This document shows, piece by piece, positions 59,167 to 64,000 of a DNA stretch of 64,000 bases (its first letter is position 1; every line of letters starts with the position of its first letter). The stretch covers positions 896,001 to 960,000 of the forward strand of contig CBDFLE010000006.1 in NCBI GenBank assembly GCA_965248925.1, written 5' to 3'. The notes below the pieces were generated by a model. That model did not search any database and had not been told where the DNA came from. It saw only the letters and a program-made list of their open reading frames with translations. The translations under genes and the position numbers were made by a program. Origin of the DNA: Candidatus Multivoradales bacterium. Lineage in GTDB: Bacteria; Acidobacteriota; Thermoanaerobaculia; Multivoradales; J023.

Positions 59167-59865
59167 CTAGCCGTCAAATCCGATCGGGAACCCCGTCTTT
59201 GGGTCGATGCTATCGACCCAGGGGGCCGACCACTCATCACCGTTTTTCAGGCGAACATTGGCCCGGCCAACCGGCCGAGTCTTGTGGCCAATATCGATCA
59301 CAATCTCGATCGCGTCCTGGCCAGCAGAACTCTGGCCTGCGCGCGAGACGATGGGCCAGGGGCCATCGATCGTCGCGCCACCGATGGTGCGAGGGCGGAA
59401 CCGGTAAATCTCATCTGCTCCCTCTAGCGCCTCGCGCGCCTCAGTGTCCCTAGCGATGAGACGGGCGACCAAGAGCAGTACGACTATTGCAGCGTGCTCC
59501 TTCGATAGGCGCGCCGCCTCAGCGGTCGCGAGTGCATCAACGTCGACATGACCGCTGGGGTCTGATGCAAGCCGATTGAGCGCCTGCAACTGGGCCAATC
59601 CGATTGGCGATGGTCCAGTGTCCTGTAGACCGTGAAACTCAGCCATCGAGATACCAAATTCTGGGCCCCGTTTCATCAGATCGCCCCAGTCACCACTTTC
59701 TGGATCCTCCCTGTCTCCGGGCTTTGGCGGGTCGGTCCCACCCAGAGGGTCGGTGGCGATCTCGCCATCACCCTTCAGCTCCTTGATCGCACTCCCGAGG
59801 TCGCCGATCAAGGCCAGTGCACTTTTCATCGCACTTTCAAGTAGGTCTAGAATCTTGATACTCAT
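59167..59865 (-). CDS. Hypothetical phage protein
   Basis: 232-aa ORF coupled by an ATGA overlap; no recognised motif. Confidence 0.6.
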   Translation of the reverse strand: MSIKILDLLESAMKSALALIGDLGSAIKELKGDGEIATDPLGGTDPPKPGDREDPESGDWGDLMKRGPEFGISMAEFHGLQDTGPSPIGLAQLQALNRLASDPSGHVDVDALATAEAARLSKEHAAIVVLLLVARLIARDTEAREALEGADEIYRFRPRTIGGATIDGPWPIVSRAGQSSAGQDAIEIVIDIGHKTRPVGRANVRLKNGDEWSAPWVDSIDPKTGFPIGFDG

Positions 59866-61361
59866 CTCTTCTTTTCCTTTCTAAGGCCGAAATCTCGGCC
59901 TGCTCGATCCAGGTATGCCTGGACCTGTTTCAGGTCGCGCAGCAGGATCTCAGCCTGCTGCACACTCGTTTCGACTTGCGCGACGAGGCGGCGGTATTGC
60001 CGCCTCGCGCGATTGAGCTCTGTGCCGGTCGGTGGTGGCGGCGCTGGTGCCGGGATAGGCACCTCGACAGAAGGCGGGTCACCGCCGTCAATCTGCTGCT
60101 CACCGTCGAACAGCAGATCGACGCCATCGCCCGACCAAGTCAGCGTCCAGACCGGAGGCCCAGTGCCGGGCATCTCGTAGGTAGACCTCCATCCGCTGTT
60201 GCTCCACGCCGCCACGGTCTGATCAGACCAGTGGGCAGCCGAGAATGCGGACTTTGCACCCACCCCGCGAAACGGGCTCGGCACCACCGCTCCAGCCTCG
60301 CCCTTGCGGGCGTCGAACCAGGAGTAGGCGACACCGGGCTTGTTAGCGTTTGCGGTGCCCGAGAGCGAGCTGATCCAGCTCCCGTCAGACCAGCCAGCGA
60401 GCGATCGCTGTCGCCCGGACTTCGGCCGGCCGGGATGGCGAAACGGCGCCAGCAGCTCAGCCGCTCGCCGAAGCCCGGCGCTCGGCTTGCCCTTGCGCAC
60501 CATCGGCTGGCGCAGCAGCTGCACGTCGGATGCTTGGAGGGCGCAGTACTCCTCGCCCAACTGTCGCTCGCCCCCATGGCCAGCGGAGCGCCTCAGCAGT
60601 GCTTGAGGCCACTCCCAGCGCCGGGCGTTGAGCTGCCATCCACTCGACGGCTCTTTGCCCAGGCACCACCTCAGCAGCACGCTGAGACTGCTCCTGTCGG
60701 GGATCAGATGGCGAGACGGGTCGCGACCGATCACCGACCTGTCGCCGGTTGGGTTGACCCACGCGCCGCGAAGGGTGGATCGGTGCCCCTCAATCCCACC
60801 GATCCACCCTCGCAGGGGCGTACCAGACGGCACCCGGTGAAGAGCCAGGAATCCCCACTCGGCCCGTAGCCAAATCCCGATCTGCTCGGCCAGGTCGAGC
60901 CGGCCGGCCTCGATAGCCCGCTTGCGCAGCACCATCAGAGAGGCGGTGACCCACCCCTCGTAAACCAGTGACCCGCTCTCGCGGCCACCGTGACCCCATC
61001 GGCCCTCGCCGCGGATCATCGGCAACAGCCGCTCGACGGCCAGCTGCTCGCCGCACATGGCGAGCGCAGCCTCGAGCATGATCGGCCAATTGCCTGATCC
61101 TGGCGGAGGCGAGTCGAGGTTTCCCGCCAGGCAGCCTCGGACGCTAATTCTGGACCAGTTGCATTGGCCATCGACGGCCAGCGTCAGCCCTTGCAGGCCA
61201 GCCCCGACGCAATCGGAGCGTCCGGGGAACTTCGCCGGCGCCGCATCGGCAGTCGTCGGGCATGCCGGTATCAAAAAGGCGATTGCGACCGAGACGAGAG
61301 CAAACCAGAACATTGGGTCGCGGAAACTGAAATCCGGCGAGCGATACGACCTATCCATCAC
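59862..61361 (-). CDS. Hypothetical exported/anchored phage protein with C-terminal coiled coil
   Basis: Hydrophobic signal ending ADA-A, Trp/Gly-rich body, Pro linker and coiled coil. Confidence 0.65.
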   Translation of the reverse strand: MMDRSYRSPDFSFRDPMFWFALVSVAIAFLIPACPTTADAAPAKFPGRSDCVGAGLQGLTLAVDGQCNWSRISVRGCLAGNLDSPPPGSGNWPIMLEAALAMCGEQLAVERLLPMIRGEGRWGHGGRESGSLVYEGWVTASLMVLRKRAIEAGRLDLAEQIGIWLRAEWGFLALHRVPSGTPLRGWIGGIEGHRSTLRGAWVNPTGDRSVIGRDPSRHLIPDRSSLSVLLRWCLGKEPSSGWQLNARRWEWPQALLRRSAGHGGERQLGEEYCALQASDVQLLRQPMVRKGKPSAGLRRAAELLAPFRHPGRPKSGRQRSLAGWSDGSWISSLSGTANANKPGVAYSWFDARKGEAGAVVPSPFRGVGAKSAFSAAHWSDQTVAAWSNSGWRSTYEMPGTGPPVWTLTWSGDGVDLLFDGEQQIDGGDPPSVEVPIPAPAPPPPTGTELNRARRQYRRLVAQVETSVQQAEILLRDLKQVQAYLDRAGRDFGLRKEKKR

Positions 61362-61528
61362 TGCGCCACCTTATTTTTCGGTTGTTTCTGCTGCCGCGTC
61401 GGCCGCGGCTGCTGTGGCCGTATACCGAGACGGTCTGCCAAGTCCGACACTTCGGCGACCAAAGGGTGGTGGTCGGGCAGTCCCGTCCGCGGCTTGGTCA
61501 CTTTGCTAACCCGTTGCGACTTTGGCAT
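61358..61528 (-). CDS. Small basic hypothetical phage protein
   Basis: GGAGG RBS before ATG 61528; stop overlaps the next start. Confidence 0.45.
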   Translation of the reverse strand: MPKSQRVSKVTKPRTGLPDHHPLVAEVSDLADRLGIRPQQPRPTRQQKQPKNKVAQ

Positions 61529-62675
61529 CGGATCCCTCCAGTTGTTCGAGATCCTCAAAAAATGCAGCGATTGCGAGACTCATCTCGTGGCAATCGAGCG
61601 CATTCACGCGCTCCCGGATCTCGTGGGTTGATAGCCCCCTCAGGGCTTGGAACTCTGCGACCGAATCTGGCGCGATCTCACCAGCCCGGAGAATCAGTAG
61701 ATCGAGCACCCTGTCGAGTGATTCTCGCGACCGCGACTCGTCCCGAGGCGGTACCTGCCAGTCCGGAGATTCCCTCGCGGTCACCAACCGGCTCAACGGC
61801 TTGCTGAAATAGCCGATCGCTCCGATGTCGGGCAGCCGGCCCGTCTCCTCGCCCAACAGCGCCTCGAACATGCTCACCGCGACCCCAGTCAAGTACCACT
61901 TGGCAATCAGCCGCCGCTCGTGCCGAGCGCACTCGGTGGCGATATCCAACCGCTTCGCCGTGAGCCAGGCTCGCCAGATCGCCGAGGAGTACTCGACCGG
62001 AGCCGATGAAGGGGTTTGGGGTAGGGGTTTAGATCTTGAATACCCCAAACCCCTAACCCCTCTGACCCCCCTACCCCCCACAGCGACCCGTGGCGTGTCG
62101 CTGCCGACCCGTGGCGTGTCGCTGCCGACCCGTGGCGTGTCGCTCGGCCGACCCGTGGCGTGTCGCTCGGCCGACCCGTGGCGTGTCACCGACCCGTGGC
62201 GTGTCGCTCGGCCGACCCGTGGCGTGTCGCTGAGAGGTGGGACGACGGCTCCGGCGATCGAGTGATAAATCACCTCGACCTCGGCGAGCATCGCTGATTT
62301 GAGCGCGGCGCGGTCTCGTACCAGGGCTCGTTTGCGACGGTTCCGGGCTCGATTTGACGCAGGGGACACCTTGGGGTCCTGGCCGTCTGAGTAGGTGCTG
62401 CTAGTCAGCAAACGGGCCTTCGACTGCCACTGGATCCAGTCCGCCTCCAGCAACTGCTGTAGTCCGATCTCGACCATGTCGGCTGGCATGCCTGCTGGCA
62501 GCATCAGCAGTAGTTGCTGGCCGGGATCACCTCCAGGGCAGTGGATGTGCCCAGCCGTCGACAGCAGTAGCACGAGCTGGCAGCGCAGGCACTCGCCCTC
62601 CCATCCCCAGCGCCGAAGCTCGTCGTAGAGCCAGACGCGTCGCGTGTCGCCGTAGCTGACGGTCTGGCCGGCCAC
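61506..62675 (-). CDS. Putative phage replication initiator (lambda O-like architecture)
   Basis: N-terminal wHTH-like region, basic helix and central iteron-bearing linker; TAGTG overlap start. Confidence 0.6.
   Translation of the reverse strand: MAGQTVSYGDTRRVWLYDELRRWGWEGECLRCQLVLLLSTAGHIHCPGGDPGQQLLLMLPAGMPADMVEIGLQQLLEADWIQWQSKARLLTSSTYSDGQDPKVSPASNRARNRRKRALVRDRAALKSAMLAEVEVIYHSIAGAVVPPLSDTPRVGRATRHGSVTRHGSAERHATGRPSDTPRVGSDTPRVGSDTPRVAVGGRGVRGVRGLGYSRSKPLPQTPSSAPVEYSSAIWRAWLTAKRLDIATECARHERRLIAKWYLTGVAVSMFEALLGEETGRLPDIGAIGYFSKPLSRLVTARESPDWQVPPRDESRSRESLDRVLDLLILRAGEIAPDSVAEFQALRGLSTHEIRERVNALDCHEMSLAIAAFFEDLEQLEGSDAKVATG
62084..62231. repeat. Seven iteron-like repeats CGACCCGTGGCGTGTC(GCT)
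   Basis: Starts at 62084, 62105, 62126, 62149, 62172, 62190 and 62213. Confidence 0.9.
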
Positions 62676-63508
62676 TAAACAGCCTCCAGGGTCATCTGAT
62701 ACCCACTCGCTGCTGCGCATCTAGGATTGATCCAGACCGCCTCAACCTTGGTGCCGTGGTCCGTCAAGGCGAGCCGAGTGCGCGAGGTCCACCCGCGCTC
62801 CTCGAAAAGACGCGCGTAGAGGCCAGAGGGATACCCGCTCAAGACCACGTAGCCCTTGAGATTGACCAAGACCTCAGCAAGCGCCTCATGATCCGACTCG
62901 CCGCAAAACTCGTGCTCGTAGCCCTTCTCTGCCCACCGCTTATTCCGCGTTTCCGCGAGGTACGGCGGGTCGACGTAGTGGAGCGTCCGCGGACTGTCGA
63001 AGCGCTGCAAAACAATCGCTGCGTCGTCTTGCTCGATCATCACTTGCCGCAGTCGCTTGACGATCGGATCGATCTTGATTGCGCCCAACCACGAGCCTAC
63101 GGCGCTCGCGCGTGACGAATCGGACCTGCAAAACCGCCAACCGGACAGCCGTTGCGGCCGAGGGCCCCCGCGAGCCTGCCAGGCTCTGACCATGTACCGC
63201 CTAGCCCGCTCTACCGGATCCTCTGCTAGCTGATAGCTGGCAATCATCTCTGCGCGCGAGTAGGGGGTCAGCTCGAGCAAGTGCTGAAGCTCGGCGGGAG
63301 AATCGCGGAGAACGCGAAAGAGGTTTACGACCTCACCATCGAGGTCATTGATGACCTCGTGCTGCGCCGGCCGCTTACGCAGCAGCACACTTGCACCGCC
63401 ACAGAATGGCTCGCAGTAGCACCCGTGCTCTGGGAAGTGGGTGATGATCCACGGAGCAATACGCCATTTGCCGCCGAAGTAGCGCATCAGTGGACGGTTG
63501 ACGGTCAC
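62675..63508 (-). CDS. Phage DNA adenine methyltransferase (Dam/D12 class)
   Basis: RYFGGKW, EPFCGGASV, INDLD and YVDPPY motifs. Confidence 0.93.
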   Translation of the reverse strand: MTVNRPLMRYFGGKWRIAPWIITHFPEHGCYCEPFCGGASVLLRKRPAQHEVINDLDGEVVNLFRVLRDSPAELQHLLELTPYSRAEMIASYQLAEDPVERARRYMVRAWQARGGPRPQRLSGWRFCRSDSSRASAVGSWLGAIKIDPIVKRLRQVMIEQDDAAIVLQRFDSPRTLHYVDPPYLAETRNKRWAEKGYEHEFCGESDHEALAEVLVNLKGYVVLSGYPSGLYARLFEERGWTSRTRLALTDHGTKVEAVWINPRCAAASGYQMTLEAV

Positions 63509-64000
63509 GCCGCAGCCCTCCGCATCGCTACAACCAGCCGCCGGCAAATCCACTCAACGACAGGGACCGCGACGGCATTGCCGAGCGCGTGGTACCGCGC
63601 CGCGTCGCTTATCTCCACCCCGTCAGCGCCCTCAGCCGTCCAGTCGTCGGGGAACCCCTGCAACCTCTCGAATTCGAGCGGGGTTAGCCGCCGGGGTGCA
63701 ATCGTTTCTTGGGCAATGCCGATTCGCTCGGGGCGGTATCCCAGGGGGCCCGGTGTGTCACCAACACATCCCAAGCCGTGATCGCGGAAGGCCACGATTG
63801 CGGACGAAGAGCCGTCTGAGTCCAGGGCACCGGGTATCTGGCCGCTGATCGGGTCCTGTAGAGCGTTGAAAGCCACAATTTCCGAAGAGGCGGCGATCGT
63901 CGGAGATTGCTGCCCGGGCACGCTGCGGTTGTCTGGGCTGGTGATCTGCGATACGTCCACCACCAGCGGTGAACCGCGGCTGGTACCGTCCTCCGAGGAG
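63505..64000 (-). CDS. C5 cytosine DNA methyltransferase, C-terminal part
   Basis: RRLTPLEFERLQGFPDDWT and RYHALGNAVAVPVV (motifs IX and X). Confidence 0.9.
   Translation of the reverse strand, partial: SSEDGTSRGSPLVVDVSQITSPDNRSVPGQQSPTIAASSEIVAFNALQDPISGQIPGALDSDGSSSAIVAFRDHGLGCVGDTPGPLGYRPERIGIAQETIAPRRLTPLEFERLQGFPDDWTAEGADGVEISDAARYHALGNAVAVPVVEWICRRLVVAMRRAAA

Larger units (their letters stand above)
37123..64000 (-). mobile_element. HK97-like siphoviral prophage (continues beyond the window)
   Basis: Contiguous, translationally coupled minus-strand phage genes from the methylases to the tape measure. Confidence 0.93.

Noticed and set aside
62084-62231. CRISPR or mini-array
   Set aside because: The repeats are separated by only 2-4 bp and lie inside an intact ORF; they are iteron-like.
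37123-64000. Gene transfer agent, tailocin or contractile injection system
   Set aside because: No sheath or baseplate wedge genes; it retains replication, methylase and cos-type packaging genes typical of a temperate siphophage.
1-64000. tRNA, rRNA or integrase genes
   Set aside because: None recognised; the prophage integration and immunity module presumably lies beyond nt 64000.

Overview
GC-rich bacterial chromosome segment. C-terminal sorting tails and the transposase type suggest Acidobacteriota/Thermoanaerobaculia (inference only). There are three zones. (1) 1-28.5 kb is mostly core and envelope genes: the left end of an IS whose transposase runs off the window and is missing from the ORF track, a GT2 glycosyltransferase, HU, rsmB-fmt-ftsK, an inserted S8 protease/IPTL-CTERM pair, rsmA, a complete MoxR-DUF58-vWA-TPR (Bat) operon, a Sel1/caspase-fold protein lacking its catalytic Cys, and a 2104-aa Calx-beta autotransporter. 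(2) 28.5-37.1 kb is a scarred junction zone: a truncated DUF3368 gene, a possible att relic, a 2000-aa kinase-like/AAA/GAF/HK/REC sensor whose 3' end is overwritten by an irregular array of hairpin repeats, a RAYT-like HUH transposase, and a collapsed DUF4062-TPR gene. (3) 37.1-64 kb is a minus-strand HK97-like siphoviral prophage with methylases, an iteron-bearing replication gene, HNH/TerS/TerL/portal/Clp/capsid, neck, tail tube, a frameshifting chaperone and a 1929-aa tape measure. Its tail-tip genes lie upstream of the packaging module, and no endolysin is recognisable. The best novelty candidates are the HUH-transposase-linked nested hairpin array, the permuted prophage gene order with orphan late genes, the IS with triplicated internal palindromes, and the pseudo-caspase/adhesin pair. 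All family assignments come from motif recognition; no database searches were run.
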